Of a stretch of 56,046 bases of DNA, positions 19,704-29,533 are shown one piece after another. The DNA lies in IMG/VR virus record IMGVR_UViG_3300027804_000077, positions 1 to 56,046 of that record; one strand, written 5' to 3'. Position 1 is the stretch's first letter. Each line of letters opens with the position of its first letter. The translations under genes were made by a program, and so were the position numbers. The notes beneath the pieces were generated by a model. That model worked only from the letters and a program-made list of their open reading frames with translations, made no database searches and was not told the origin of the DNA. The stretch is from a virus. Its lineage: Duplodnaviria > Caudoviricetes.

Positions 19704-20552
19704 TTACCTCGGCAAAAATTTATCAGGGTTAATTTGTTTGCCCTGTTTGTGGTTACCTGTTCGGGCGGAACGAATCTGGTCCATCATTTCGTAAAGACGT
19801 TTCGCACCAGCGTTAGAGTTGCCGTTACCGAGATGACTAACAACATCAGCAGGAATAACAAACTCGCCATCACTAAGCGCAGCAGGTCTTTTACCGTCGA
19901 TATTTGCGGGGACTTTGTCTGCCATGCCATCTGAGTGTCCGTCGAGGTATCGTGGCGGTAGTGCACGTCCCCCTTGCGCCATATCCAATGACCCAATTCC
20001 ACCTCCTTCGGCAGAATACTTAGTACCTTTAAACGCACTACGTGTTGCTGTTACAGGAGCATTTTTACCTAATGTAGCACCAGCAGCTTGTTTTTGGGCA
20101 TCTTTTGCAGATTTATACGCAGCTAAAGCACCCAGCCCACCAAGTCCGGCTTGGAGAAGACCTTTGTTTGAGAGGAGTTTGTCAAGGAGTGATTGCCCTT
20201 TAGTTCCTCCCGTTTGTGTACCAAAAGGGTTGCCCGACATGATACCGCCGGGAGCAACATCAGCTTTAGCTTGATCTGAATACCCCGTCATCTCTTCAAG
20301 AGACATACCACCAAGGAGCGCACCTTTTAAATTCGCTAACTGTTCCGGCGTATATTGATCTCCATACTCTGCCACAAACTGACTATATAAAGTATCAACT
20401 TCGGGTAATGTTAAATCACCGTATAGATCAGTAAATTGAGGTAATGAGGGGCTTACAATACTCTCACCAAAATCCCAAGACTCCCCACTATCATCTCCAC
20501 TATCATCACCACTTCCATATAAATAATTTCTTTTGTTGCTATCAGCCATCAT
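19704..20552 (-). CDS. Virion-associated protein
   Basis: C-terminal DGMADKVPA...AALSDGEFVIPADVVSHLGNG domain of a kind seen in phage virion clusters. Confidence 0.65.
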   Translation of the reverse strand: MMADSNKRNYLYGSGDDSGDDSGESWDFGESIVSPSLPQFTDLYGDLTLPEVDTLYSQFVAEYGDQYTPEQLANLKGALLGGMSLEEMTGYSDQAKADVAPGGIMSGNPFGTQTGGTKGQSLLDKLLSNKGLLQAGLGGLGALAAYKSAKDAQKQAAGATLGKNAPVTATRSAFKGTKYSAEGGGIGSLDMAQGGRALPPRYLDGHSDGMADKVPANIDGKRPAALSDGEFVIPADVVSHLGNGNSNAGAKRLYEMMDQIRSARTGNHKQGKQINPDKFLPR

Positions 20553-21697
20553 CTACCTCCCGGCCTGCGCCGCGCTGCAATCATCGGTGCAGCAAATTGC
20601 ATAAATTGATTAAATGCTTTTGGATCTACCCCAGCAGTCTGTAGCCCCTGCCCAATTCCGTAATTAATAGCCGCACCTTTTATGGCAGCAGCGGGATCAA
20701 ACTTTCTACCTAGAACTTTTGCCGTTAATGCTTGTGTAGTTAAAGCTTTAGCCGGAGTTGCTAACGAACCAAGACCTTTAAACATATCAGGGGCGACTTT
20801 ATTAACTCCCGCACCTATAACATCTGAAGCTAATGAAGATGTAGCGCCGGTTTTAAAACCTTTAGAAAACGGTTGGTCGGTTAGCGAGCCAATCCCCCCA
20901 CTGAGAACCCCTGACACTAAAGCCTTAGCCCCAGCGTCGGCAGCAAAAGATGGAAGTCCTAAATTAGCTAACTGCCCTGCAATCCCACTACCTGCTGTAT
21001 TAATCCCAAGCTCGCCAAGCGCAGCACCTGCTGCACCCGCAACACCAGCCGTTCCAGTAACCCCGCTAAGCAGTCCACCAACACCACCAAAAGGCATAGC
21101 AAGTAAAGACCCAACTTTTAACGCAGTAGCCACATTCTTAGCGTCAGGATGCTCGCCTTTATAATATTTTGGATCGCCAACAGGTATAAGTTTATCGCCC
21201 TGGGGGATGTAAGCTTGCGCCATGCGCTCGCGGCTTTCGCCTCCCGTTTTACCCCCCATGAACAGCACAACATTACCAGAGTTAAGTTCTTCTGGCGTAA
21301 GGGAATCTAGCTCTACTTCAACAGGATTACCTTTTTCATCTTTCTTGTACGCCTTGGTAAACGTGGATTTATGTCCTAGCTGCTCACCAAACTTTTCCCG
21401 CATCAGATCGCTAGCGGTCTTTGCTCTTTCTTCCTGCCCTACTACGTTACTTAATTCTTCCCCAGTACCATAAATATCAACGTTTTTCTTACCAAAATCC
21501 GTCAACCCAGCAAACGGATTAACCAACGCTTCCCCCGCAGTCCAGCCCGTGTCAGACTTTGCACCCTTGGGTGTAGCACCGTATTGCTTAGCCCGTGCAG
21601 CCAGATAGTCGTCTAAAGACCCCCCTTGTTGGGGCGCAGCAGCTTTTTGCTGTGCAACAAATTGCTGGAAGGCAGCTAGGGGGTTAGTGGTAGCCAT
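20549..21697 (-). CDS. Gly/Ala-rich putative internal virion protein
   Basis: Starts MATTNPL at ATG 21697; hydrophobic Gly/Ala-rich C-terminal half. Confidence 0.6.
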   Translation of the reverse strand: MATTNPLAAFQQFVAQQKAAAPQQGGSLDDYLAARAKQYGATPKGAKSDTGWTAGEALVNPFAGLTDFGKKNVDIYGTGEELSNVVGQEERAKTASDLMREKFGEQLGHKSTFTKAYKKDEKGNPVEVELDSLTPEELNSGNVVLFMGGKTGGESRERMAQAYIPQGDKLIPVGDPKYYKGEHPDAKNVATALKVGSLLAMPFGGVGGLLSGVTGTAGVAGAAGAALGELGINTAGSGIAGQLANLGLPSFAADAGAKALVSGVLSGGIGSLTDQPFSKGFKTGATSSLASDVIGAGVNKVAPDMFKGLGSLATPAKALTTQALTAKVLGRKFDPAAAIKGAAINYGIGQGLQTAGVDPKAFNQFMQFAAPMIAARRRPGGR

Positions 21698-21698
21698 C

Positions 21699-22340
21699 TT
21701 AAGTAGGTATAGAAGAAACGAACGCCATTGTTGCAATTACTGACGGAGTTTCGGGGCGTGTAGGCGAAGACGCAGCAGGAAAATGTTCTATGCTTACACC
21801 TAGATTATTAGTATGCCAGTATAGTTCAATATAGTCACCCGTATTTAGAGGCAAAAACAAGTTCAACGCAGCAATTAAATGCCCATCTACGCCACCATGA
21901 CTATTTGGCACTGAAAACCTTGAGTTACTATTTGATAAGTTGGTTCCGTTAATAGCAGCCCATACGTCTACATCGTGTATCTGCGTATCTGAATTTTTGA
22001 ACTGAATACTGAACTGTAAGTTATAAACACCAGGGTAAGTAACCGTCAGTTTAGAATTGCCTGCTAAATAGACGCTATCGGCAACATCAGTCACATCATA
22101 AGTAATTGCGTAAGCTGCCGTTGTACTAACCGCAATTTGATCCGAATCGCTTGACCAAGCACCAAACGGATTACTCATAAACCGGCCACCATCTGGCCCA
22201 AGCAAACTTCTCGTTATATTCTCAAGACGATTAAAGTAAAGTCTTAAGACATTTGAAAACTGATCGTGATACGCACGTTCGTAATTAGGCGGCGCAAGTG
22301 GCAGGCTAGGAGGGGCTGGATTATCTAATTTAAGAGTCAT
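21699..22340 (-). CDS. Tail-associated structural protein
   Basis: LPLAP...NVLRLYFN N-terminus plus beta-rich GVYNLQFSIQ domain; coupled to the upstream tail gene. Confidence 0.65.
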   Translation of the reverse strand: MTLKLDNPAPPSLPLAPPNYERAYHDQFSNVLRLYFNRLENITRSLLGPDGGRFMSNPFGAWSSDSDQIAVSTTAAYAITYDVTDVADSVYLAGNSKLTVTYPGVYNLQFSIQFKNSDTQIHDVDVWAAINGTNLSNSNSRFSVPNSHGGVDGHLIAALNLFLPLNTGDYIELYWHTNNLGVSIEHFPAASSPTRPETPSVIATMAFVSSIPT

Positions 22341-24442
22341 CGTCTGCCGTCCTGCCTGATGTCAATTCGTGGTGCACCAAGCTGCCATGTCGTACCAACA
22401 CCATCTGACCCGATCTTCATAATCATCTGTCGCCCACGGATACGGGTGTAAACAATATTGGTGAACTGCTCAATCGTAACGGTGGATGTACGGGCAACAG
22501 ATTTAGCCGCCTCGGTATTAAACCCAGACCCCGAACCGTTCATACCGTAAAGGGTCATCGTAACTTGGGGTGTTGTTGCTGTAGACCCATCAAATGTCAG
22601 ATCCGGCACCATACGCCATACAAACCCAAAGTTTTGTCCGTCTTCAATATCAAACTCAGCAGACTCTATGTAAGCAGTAATTGGTAGCGTCGTGCCTGTT
22701 TCGTTATCGTCAACACCGTACTCGTGGTCAACAATGTTGTAGTTATATGTAGCAGCTTGTGGATAAGCGCGAATACCTGAATCGCTCCACGCCGTACGTG
22801 CCATCGTGCCGTAGTACCAAATATCTTCAGCGTAGTTGTACACCACATAGCGATCAACAGTCGTAGAATTAGCCGAACAGTAGAACCACCAAACCTCATT
22901 GAATCCTTCGTTTGTTCCAGCAAAGACTTGGAAGTTCTGGTACTTATTAATGTCGCTGAACACATACCGACGTAGATCGCAACGAAGTGTTTGCACCCTA
23001 CCGTTGTACACATAGAACTTATCCACACCCATCCAGTAAGTTACCCCGGATGCAATTGCAGTGGCGTTAGGGCCGATGATGGACGTATTGTCCCCAAGAA
23101 TTTGCGAACCCCAAACCAACGGCGGGCCGAGATATTGCAGAGAAAAAAGCGCAGAATCAGTCCACACCAACACTTCCTGCCTAGTTTGCTGCACTGCAAT
23201 AATCTGCGAGCCGTGGGATAAGCGCAAGCTACCTGCTTGATTAAGCGGGGATGGCACCCAATCAACTAAAGATTCTTGGTTACCCCAACGAATGAGCATG
23301 GGGTCAGCAGTCGTACTGCCGTAGTCGGTTGTGCCAAATAGTAATAAGAACCTAGAAGCATCCGAAACCAGCATGCTGTATTGCACGGTAGGCACATCAA
23401 CAAGCGTAGAGATACTTTGCGTTCCAGACTGACTGCCTGAAGTATTTATAGCCGAACCCGTTGCAGAGGTTGACAGGTTTGCAGTGACCCCATCAACATT
23501 AATTAAATAGTATGTTGTACCCGCAGTTAGCCCCGTTGGAAGTGCGCCAGTAGTAGCAAGCTTAATGGCTGTACCCTCAGCAAGCACGTTAGACAGCGTA
23601 ATCACGCAAGGTGAAGCTATTGTTAGGGTAACAGTACCCCCAAGGCTGTTGAGTGCAACACCTCTTGTTGATAAGCCGTTAGTCGCATCCCAGTAATAAA
23701 TACCAGCCGTGCGTGGACCAAAGACTAAGTCCTCCCCCCAGTTGCCAGCATTCCATATCCGCAGTGGGTCTGTAACCTGTGGCGTAACACCCCATGACCC
23801 ACTACCCCAAGCACCTGCGCCCCATCCAACCAGAGGAACCTGAGCAACGCCCGGACCCGTATTAACTTGGAAAGCACCGACCGAAGACCCACCACCATTA
23901 CCACTATCCGAGGCGTTTGAAGTGACAGGCGCACCCGTACCGGGATCTTTGGCCGTGATGGTAAAAGTATTTAATGTGGGTACAGAAGCAATTTGATATT
24001 GCTGATTAAGCACCGCTGCTGTGATGTTTCCACCCAGACTTACTGCACCGGAGAAGGTTACAAAATCCCCAGTGATTGCACCATGATTAGCCGATGTAAC
24101 CGTGATGGTTGAGGAAAAGGGAGATACAGTAACCGCAGCAAAGGTCACTGATTGGGTTAAACGTATGGGGGTGATGTCGGAATAAGCACCACCTTGCTCA
24201 ATGTAGTACTTTAGGTTGGTTCCTACACCAAGCAGGTTAGAGTTACTTAAAGTAACCCAGTTCCAAAGAGAACGGCAAATCCCTAAGTAAACGGCTTGCG
24301 ATATTCTGCGCCACCCACCAATCTTCTCTGGTGTGCCCTGACGAAACCGAACCTTGTCGGATACATACCAACCGTTCTCATTTGTATAGCGAGTATTTTC
24401 TTTATTAACCCCGCTTTTCAGTAGTATCTTTTTTAATGGCAC
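22337..24442 (-). CDS. Tail nozzle/stabilisation protein (P22 gp10 or T7 tubular B analogue)
   Basis: 701 aa, beta-rich with many Trp; VRFRQGTPEKIGGW start and DGRR end; sits just before the internal proteins. Confidence 0.65.
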   Translation of the reverse strand: MPLKKILLKSGVNKENTRYTNENGWYVSDKVRFRQGTPEKIGGWRRISQAVYLGICRSLWNWVTLSNSNLLGVGTNLKYYIEQGGAYSDITPIRLTQSVTFAAVTVSPFSSTITVTSANHGAITGDFVTFSGAVSLGGNITAAVLNQQYQIASVPTLNTFTITAKDPGTGAPVTSNASDSGNGGGSSVGAFQVNTGPGVAQVPLVGWGAGAWGSGSWGVTPQVTDPLRIWNAGNWGEDLVFGPRTAGIYYWDATNGLSTRGVALNSLGGTVTLTIASPCVITLSNVLAEGTAIKLATTGALPTGLTAGTTYYLINVDGVTANLSTSATGSAINTSGSQSGTQSISTLVDVPTVQYSMLVSDASRFLLLFGTTDYGSTTADPMLIRWGNQESLVDWVPSPLNQAGSLRLSHGSQIIAVQQTRQEVLVWTDSALFSLQYLGPPLVWGSQILGDNTSIIGPNATAIASGVTYWMGVDKFYVYNGRVQTLRCDLRRYVFSDINKYQNFQVFAGTNEGFNEVWWFYCSANSTTVDRYVVYNYAEDIWYYGTMARTAWSDSGIRAYPQAATYNYNIVDHEYGVDDNETGTTLPITAYIESAEFDIEDGQNFGFVWRMVPDLTFDGSTATTPQVTMTLYGMNGSGSGFNTEAAKSVARTSTVTIEQFTNIVYTRIRGRQMIMKIGSDGVGTTWQLGAPRIDIRQDGRR

Positions 24443-24445
24443 GGC

Positions 24446-24913
24446 TCACCTCATCAGTGCAGCTTCTGCCGCTCGGCGGCGGGTAAGCCCCGGCAGGACT
24501 CTTCCAGCGGCTTTATTCCACAGCATACATTGGTCGGCTGCACCATCCCAATCCCCCGCATCTATCCGCTTCTTGAACGTAGAAACTCGGTAGTTCCCTA
24601 GGCCACAATTGTAGACCCAGCTAGTCACAGCGGCAATGCGTCGGGGCAGTGCGGTTTGTATCTTTGGAGAAAGTTTAAACAAACCCCTGAGAAAGTATTC
24701 AACGTGGTGATCCAGTGCATCTTCGCATTGCTCAATCGTCCAGACCGTGCCGGGGTTAATGTCAGGGCCAGTGGCTCCCCAGCCAATTGTCCAAGGATGT
24801 CCACGGGTTCCGGGGTCAGGATAAGCTGTTACTCGTCCGTCAGGCAAACGCTTTGCTAGCCCTTCAAAGGGCTTGATCAGTACATCCTTGCAAAGCTTCT
24901 TTGCCTCTTTCAC
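24446..24913 (-). CDS. Endolysin, GH24 phage lysozyme
   Basis: FEG...AYPDPG...WTIGWG catalytic region; YNCG; WNKAAGRVLPGLTRRRAAE. Confidence 0.93.
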   Translation of the reverse strand: MKEAKKLCKDVLIKPFEGLAKRLPDGRVTAYPDPGTRGHPWTIGWGATGPDINPGTVWTIEQCEDALDHHVEYFLRGLFKLSPKIQTALPRRIAAVTSWVYNCGLGNYRVSTFKKRIDAGDWDGAADQCMLWNKAAGRVLPGLTRRRAAEAALMR

Positions 24914-25395
24914 GATTTGTTGTACTTCTCAATAGACCGTCCTACAAACCAGAACGTCAACATCATGTTCAGCATGGCGAAGTCATCCTCGTCGTAGCTT
25001 TTGGTCAAAACCTCAGCCCAGTTAGCGTTGGTCTGAAAGGCAATCGTTAAGCCAGCAGCTTTGACAGCCACATATACGCCAAATGCAATCCAAGTAAGAC
25101 CGGGGCGGGTAATAGCAGTGATAAAAGAAGCAAACCAGCCAGCCTCTTTTGCCGTTTGGGCTTGCTCCTTAAAAGCCTCCTTAATCGTGTCCATTTGCGA
25201 GATCGAGTAGTCCACATACTTCTCCTCCATCTTGAACTCGCCCCTCATTTTTTCGAGGTCGGTTTGAAGTTGGAACATGGATAGCTCGTGCTGGCGTTCG
25301 TTCTTTTTGTCCAAAAACTTGAGGACTTCAGGAGCAAGGCGAAAGATGCCACCAAAAATGGAGCCAAGCAAACCACCGCTGAGCAAATCAAACAT
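24910..25395 (-). CDS. Holin-like membrane protein
   Basis: Hydrophobic N-terminus, TRPGLT and FWFVGRS motifs; directly upstream of the lysozyme. Confidence 0.65.
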   Translation of the reverse strand: MFDLLSGGLLGSIFGGIFRLAPEVLKFLDKKNERQHELSMFQLQTDLEKMRGEFKMEEKYVDYSISQMDTIKEAFKEQAQTAKEAGWFASFITAITRPGLTWIAFGVYVAVKAAGLTIAFQTNANWAEVLTKSYDEDDFAMLNMMLTFWFVGRSIEKYNKS

Positions 25396-25688
25396 CAGTG
25401 ATCTCCGTTCCTATTAATCTCTTCCTTGGCTTTACGGGCTTCCCGTTCAATCTTCTCCCCGCGCAGCCGACGGACGGTATCAATCTTTTCATCCAACCTG
25501 ATCAGGTCGTTATCGTGCATCCGTACCCGATCAATCAAGGATATGACCGACTTCTTGGCCGTTGAAAGCACCGGATCTATTTCCTCGGTTGACCACTTCC
25601 AGACGTAATACACCAGATACACAAGCCCACTGACTGCTAGCGTTGGAAAGCCATACTCTTCAATCAGTTTGCCGACGTTGTAGTCCAT
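25395..25688 (-). CDS. Single-TM coiled-coil protein in the lysis cassette
   Basis: GFPTLAVSGLVYLVYYVW transmembrane segment followed by a charged tail. Confidence 0.65.
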   Translation of the reverse strand: MDYNVGKLIEEYGFPTLAVSGLVYLVYYVWKWSTEEIDPVLSTAKKSVISLIDRVRMHDNDLIRLDEKIDTVRRLRGEKIEREARKAKEEINRNGDH

Positions 25689-25969
25689 CAGTCTTTCCTA
25701 ATGTCGTCTTTCTCGGCACGGGCAATCCGGTCGTAATCAGGTTCTAACCCAAGCGAATGCGTGACCTTGATGTCTATCCGCTGCAACTGGGTGTTCATCG
25801 TTTCCACCCGCTTTTCTAGCTGGGTGATGATGCTGGAAATGGAATTGATGGAGTTTGTAACGCCAGCCAGAATGTACTTAAGCGTTAGGTAAACAAAATA
25901 CCCACCAAGACAGGCCGATGCAATAGGCAACCCAACTTGGTGGATAAACATGAACAGATCAAGGCTCAA
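25688..25969 (-). CDS. Single-TM coiled-coil protein in the lysis cassette, likely paralog of the neighbouring gene
   Basis: GLPIASACLGGYFVYLTLKYI transmembrane segment; start is either TTG 25969 or ATG 25951. Confidence 0.6.
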   Translation of the reverse strand: MSLDLFMFIHQVGLPIASACLGGYFVYLTLKYILAGVTNSINSISSIITQLEKRVETMNTQLQRIDIKVTHSLGLEPDYDRIARAEKDDIRKD

Positions 25970-26111
25970 CCTTCTGTTCCTCAAGCTGGGCTACAGCCTG
26001 TGACTTGATCTTCTCAAACAGTGCTGCGATCTGCTTATAAGGAAGATTCCCCAGCGTATCTAGCACTGTATTGACTTCATCAAGGGTGAGTTCAAGCTTG
26101 AGCGGGTTCAT
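25959..26111 (-). CDS. Hypothetical protein (50 aa, below the ORF-track cutoff)
   Basis: Manual translation MNPLKLELTLDEVNTVLDTLGNLPYKQIAALFEKIKSQAVAQLEEQKVEP; fills the gap between neighbouring genes. Confidence 0.7.
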   Translation of the reverse strand: MNPLKLELTLDEVNTVLDTLGNLPYKQIAALFEKIKSQAVAQLEEQKVEP

Positions 26112-26460
26112 TCACTTTCCATGAGGTAGTGGCTTCATCCCAGCTATACATCTGACCATCGGTCGGCATAGCCACTGGTGCTTCCCATTGTGCGTTGGCA
26201 TTCAGAATCCAACTTGCATAAGGCTTTGGTGCCACGAAAGCATCAATGTCAGACCTGTAGGTATAACCAATCCCTGCGTAGTTCTTTCTGATGTTGCCGT
26301 TGTAGGAAGTCTGCTTCCATGTGCCGCCAAGGATTTTTTCCAAATGAGCTGCGCCAATGTGTTCTTTTTCCACACCGCTAGCGTCAGCCATATCTCGGTT
26401 GTCCACAACTACGACTTGTGTAACAACATTGTTTTCATCAATTTTCGCGTAATGTCCCAT
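26092..26460 (-). CDS. Tail-fibre-associated hypothetical protein
   Basis: HYAKIDENNVV...WKQTSYNG..RKNYAGIGYTY...WDEATTSW, a pattern typical of phage fibre clusters. Confidence 0.7.
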   Translation of the reverse strand: MGHYAKIDENNVVTQVVVVDNRDMADASGVEKEHIGAAHLEKILGGTWKQTSYNGNIRKNYAGIGYTYRSDIDAFVAPKPYASWILNANAQWEAPVAMPTDGQMYSWDEATTSWKVNEPAQA

Positions 26461-26462
26461 CG

Positions 26463-26927
26463 TTAACCTCTTGCAAAAGAACCGTGAAATTTATCCCGAG
26501 CTTCAATAGCAACTAGCTCGGCAAACTCTAAATCATCATGCCAGCCAAAAAACGTGCGTTTTCTGTTAACAGACATTTCAACAACCCATTTTTGACACTT
26601 CTTGTCCCATCTAACATTTTTAACGCCACTGGTGTTGTTTTTATGAATTTTTCTATTTAAGCAATTTTGTTGTTGCGTTGCCCCCCGAAGATTTTCAATC
26701 TTATTGTCTGCCCTATCATTGTTAATGTGGTCAATAATTTTTGGCACATATCCGTGGTGGTACATAAATATCAATCTGTGCAATGGATACACCACACCCT
26801 CTACTTTCATTCGTATGTATCTATGATGATTTGTAATTGGCGTAAATTTTGGTTGATAGCCTTGCTTTGCATACAGAAACCCATCACGATACTCAAACAG
26901 CTCTTTTAGGCGTTCTTGAGTAACCAT
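26463..26927 (-). CDS. HNH homing endonuclease with AP2-like C-terminal domain
   Basis: LHRLIF...IDHINNDRADNKIENLR...QN followed by NTSGVKNV..W; AT-richer than its flanks. Confidence 0.9.
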   Translation of the reverse strand: MVTQERLKELFEYRDGFLYAKQGYQPKFTPITNHHRYIRMKVEGVVYPLHRLIFMYHHGYVPKIIDHINNDRADNKIENLRGATQQQNCLNRKIHKNNTSGVKNVRWDKKCQKWVVEMSVNRKRTFFGWHDDLEFAELVAIEARDKFHGSFARG

Positions 26928-27529
26928 TACGCCTCCAGTTTCAGTCCAGTTAAATCCATTTCCTCGCCAACTGTACCTAGCGGGAAGGTGTTAAAACTCA
27001 AGCTAACCCGTACATCCTCACCCTCTACAGTCGGCACCATGTGCGTCAGGCTTGATGGGAAAAGAATCAATCGCCCTGTAATGGCTTCAAACCACCAAGA
27101 CTCGCTGTTCCATGCGTTCCACTCTGCCGGGGGCAATTTAATCTGCTGCCAACCATCCCGATAGAAATAGATCTTGTCGTTAGGGTTGGTCTGAATGTAG
27201 AACACGCCTGATACAAAAGAGTTGGGATGTGCGTGTTTGTGGTGATACTGCCCCGGTTCGCTGTAGTTGACCCAGCTTTGCGTGAGCCTTAGCGTGACAT
27301 CGTGCTTGGGGTTGGTTGTAGCTTTGAAATACTCAGCCACCGAATCTTCCATCCATGACCTAAGACTTGTCATCACAGGGCTTTTGAGGACGAAGTTATT
27401 GACCGAGGTGCGGTTGCCCATATTGGCACGTTGTTCCAACTCCATGAGGAAAAACTTCTCTTCCTCGGTTAGCTCACGCCCAAGGTCAAAGAACCCAACG
27501 GGTTGTGCAAAGAGTCCGTGCAGGTTCAT
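26927..27529 (-). CDS. Putative 2OG-Fe(II) oxygenase (TIGR02466-like)
   Basis: SWVN...HHKHAHPNSFVSGVFY, LILFPSSLTHMV and RVSLSFN motifs. Confidence 0.88.
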   Translation of the reverse strand: MNLHGLFAQPVGFFDLGRELTEEEKFFLMELEQRANMGNRTSVNNFVLKSPVMTSLRSWMEDSVAEYFKATTNPKHDVTLRLTQSWVNYSEPGQYHHKHAHPNSFVSGVFYIQTNPNDKIYFYRDGWQQIKLPPAEWNAWNSESWWFEAITGRLILFPSSLTHMVPTVEGEDVRVSLSFNTFPLGTVGEEMDLTGLKLEA

Positions 27530-27771
27530 GCAGCCGCCTTTTCAAACATAGCGCGTTCTTCATCAATCTTGGCTTGCTGCTCAGGCAAGTACATCGTCGG
27601 CACGGCGTCTTCCAGCTCTTTGATCTTCTTCATCACAAATTCAACTTCTTCCCATGACGGGCAGGGTCTTGGATCGTCCCAGCGTGTAAACCCAACACCA
27701 GATGTCCACTCCCATTTAGCGCCTGGGCGAAGCATTTGCATAGCTACGTCAATGCCGTAGTAACGATACAT
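27526..27771 (-). CDS. Small tail-fibre accessory protein
   Basis: LRPGAKW...WDDPRPCPSWEEV; directly follows the fibre gene. Confidence 0.55.
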   Translation of the reverse strand: MYRYYGIDVAMQMLRPGAKWEWTSGVGFTRWDDPRPCPSWEEVEFVMKKIKELEDAVPTMYLPEQQAKIDEERAMFEKAAA

Positions 27772-27780
27772 ATTTACCTC

Positions 27781-29523
27781 TTAGTAGTTAACTTTGATGA
27801 TGACGATACCGGATCCGCCTGCGCCTGCAACAGTTGACCCGCTATCACCGTTGTTTCTACTTCCACCGCCACCGCCACCCGTATTCGCTGTCCCAGAAAC
27901 TGCGCCAGTAGTCCAAACCCCAGCGCCCCCACCGCCAGTGCCTCCAGTTGAATTGGGTTGACCACCGCCACCACCGCCACCAGCGTAAGTCACCGAACTT
28001 CCAGTAATTGATGAGGCTGTACCATTTCCTCCATTCCCTCCTGCATTACTAGATCCGGTGCCGCCAACAGCGCTCGCGCCACCTCCACCGCCAGCCCCAA
28101 TAGCACCGGTTTGCCCATTGCCACCGTTGTTTCCTTGTGACGGTGTTGTAGATGGTGTATTACCTGTCCCGCCTAGATAATATGCCGGAGTTGTATATAA
28201 ACAAGAACCACCGCCACCCGATCCGCCGTTTTGCCCAGCGGATATAGAAAATCCACCGCCACCGCCGCCACCATAAGCAACCAAAGCGTTGCTATAGGGA
28301 TTCCCAGAGGATGGATCGTTAGAGATCGGAGAGCCAGAAATATAGGAATTACCTCCGTTCCCGCCTGTTACAGCCGAAGTACCGACTCCAGACCCCGCTG
28401 TACCCCCTGCGCCAACAGTGATGGTGTAAGAGCTACCTGCCGTCACCGCCAAACTTGTACCTGTTCTAAAACCGCCTGCACCGCCACCACCACCGGTTGT
28501 ACAACCCCCACCCCCACCACCAGCGACCACCAAATAATCCACCGATGTTGCACCTGTGGGAGCAGTCCAAGAGGTTGTTCCACGGAAGACGAAAACATTA
28601 GAAGTGACTGTTTGACGGTATCTTAGGATGACGATACCGGAGCCGCCGGAGCCGCCGGACCTTGCAGCCGCTGCGTCATAAGTTCCGCCCCCACCACCGC
28701 CCGTACCGGCTGTTCCATTAGTTCCGTTTCCACCTCTTACCCCCGCGCCACCACCGCCCGCGCCACCACTTCCAACGGTAGAGCTAGCATGACTTCCGCC
28801 GCCACCACCAGCGTATGTAACGCTAGTGCCTGTTATGGTTGATGCCGTTCCAGCGCCACCGTTCCCACCAACACCACTGCCGTTAGTCCCAGCAGCGCTT
28901 GCCCCGCCACCGCCACCACCACCAGTAGCACCACTACCACCTCCGTTACCGCCGCTATTTCCCTGCGATGGTGTTGTTGAAGGTGTATTGCCAGCCGCTC
29001 CAGTTTGGCTTGGATTTGGATTAGCTGAACCAGCGCCGCCTCCAGATCCACCGGTTAAGGCTCCCAAAGCTGATACGGTATATCCGCCGCCTGCACCACC
29101 ACCATACGCTTTGAATGTATTGGTACCAGCACCAGATGGATTTTCGGTAATCGGTGAACCAGCTATTGATGAGTCTGTCCCCGAACTTCCTCTACCGTTA
29201 GCACCAGCACCGCCAGAGCCAACAGTAATGGTGTATGAAGTTCCTGCTGTTACTGCTAAACCTGTCCCAACTCTGAAACCACCGGCTCCACCGCCACCTC
29301 CAACCATTTTATCTGCACCATCTTGCCCACCACCGGCTCCACCGCCAGCGACAACCAAATACTCAACTGCGGCAACACCAGCAGGGCAGGTCCATGTTCC
29401 AGACGAAGTAAATATCTCAGTAACAAGAACACTGTTAGGCCAGTTTTGGCCCATGATGGCATCACGAATAGCGTTTAACCGCCAAATGCCGTTTGCATCA
29501 GAACTAGAAGGAAATGTAGCCAT
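27781..29523 (-). CDS. Glycine-rich tail fibre/adhesin with a duplicated domain
   Basis: Two copies of FTSSGTW.P.G...VEYLVVAGGG...GNTPSTTPSQGN...GGSGIVI. Confidence 0.8.
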   Translation of the reverse strand: MATFPSSSDANGIWRLNAIRDAIMGQNWPNSVLVTEIFTSSGTWTCPAGVAAVEYLVVAGGGAGGGQDGADKMVGGGGGAGGFRVGTGLAVTAGTSYTITVGSGGAGANGRGSSGTDSSIAGSPITENPSGAGTNTFKAYGGGAGGGYTVSALGALTGGSGGGAGSANPNPSQTGAAGNTPSTTPSQGNSGGNGGGSGATGGGGGGGASAAGTNGSGVGGNGGAGTASTITGTSVTYAGGGGGSHASSTVGSGGAGGGGAGVRGGNGTNGTAGTGGGGGGTYDAAAARSGGSGGSGIVILRYRQTVTSNVFVFRGTTSWTAPTGATSVDYLVVAGGGGGGCTTGGGGGAGGFRTGTSLAVTAGSSYTITVGAGGTAGSGVGTSAVTGGNGGNSYISGSPISNDPSSGNPYSNALVAYGGGGGGGFSISAGQNGGSGGGGSCLYTTPAYYLGGTGNTPSTTPSQGNNGGNGQTGAIGAGGGGGASAVGGTGSSNAGGNGGNGTASSITGSSVTYAGGGGGGGQPNSTGGTGGGGAGVWTTGAVSGTANTGGGGGGSRNNGDSGSTVAGAGGSGIVIIKVNY

Positions 29524-29533
29524 GATCTACACC

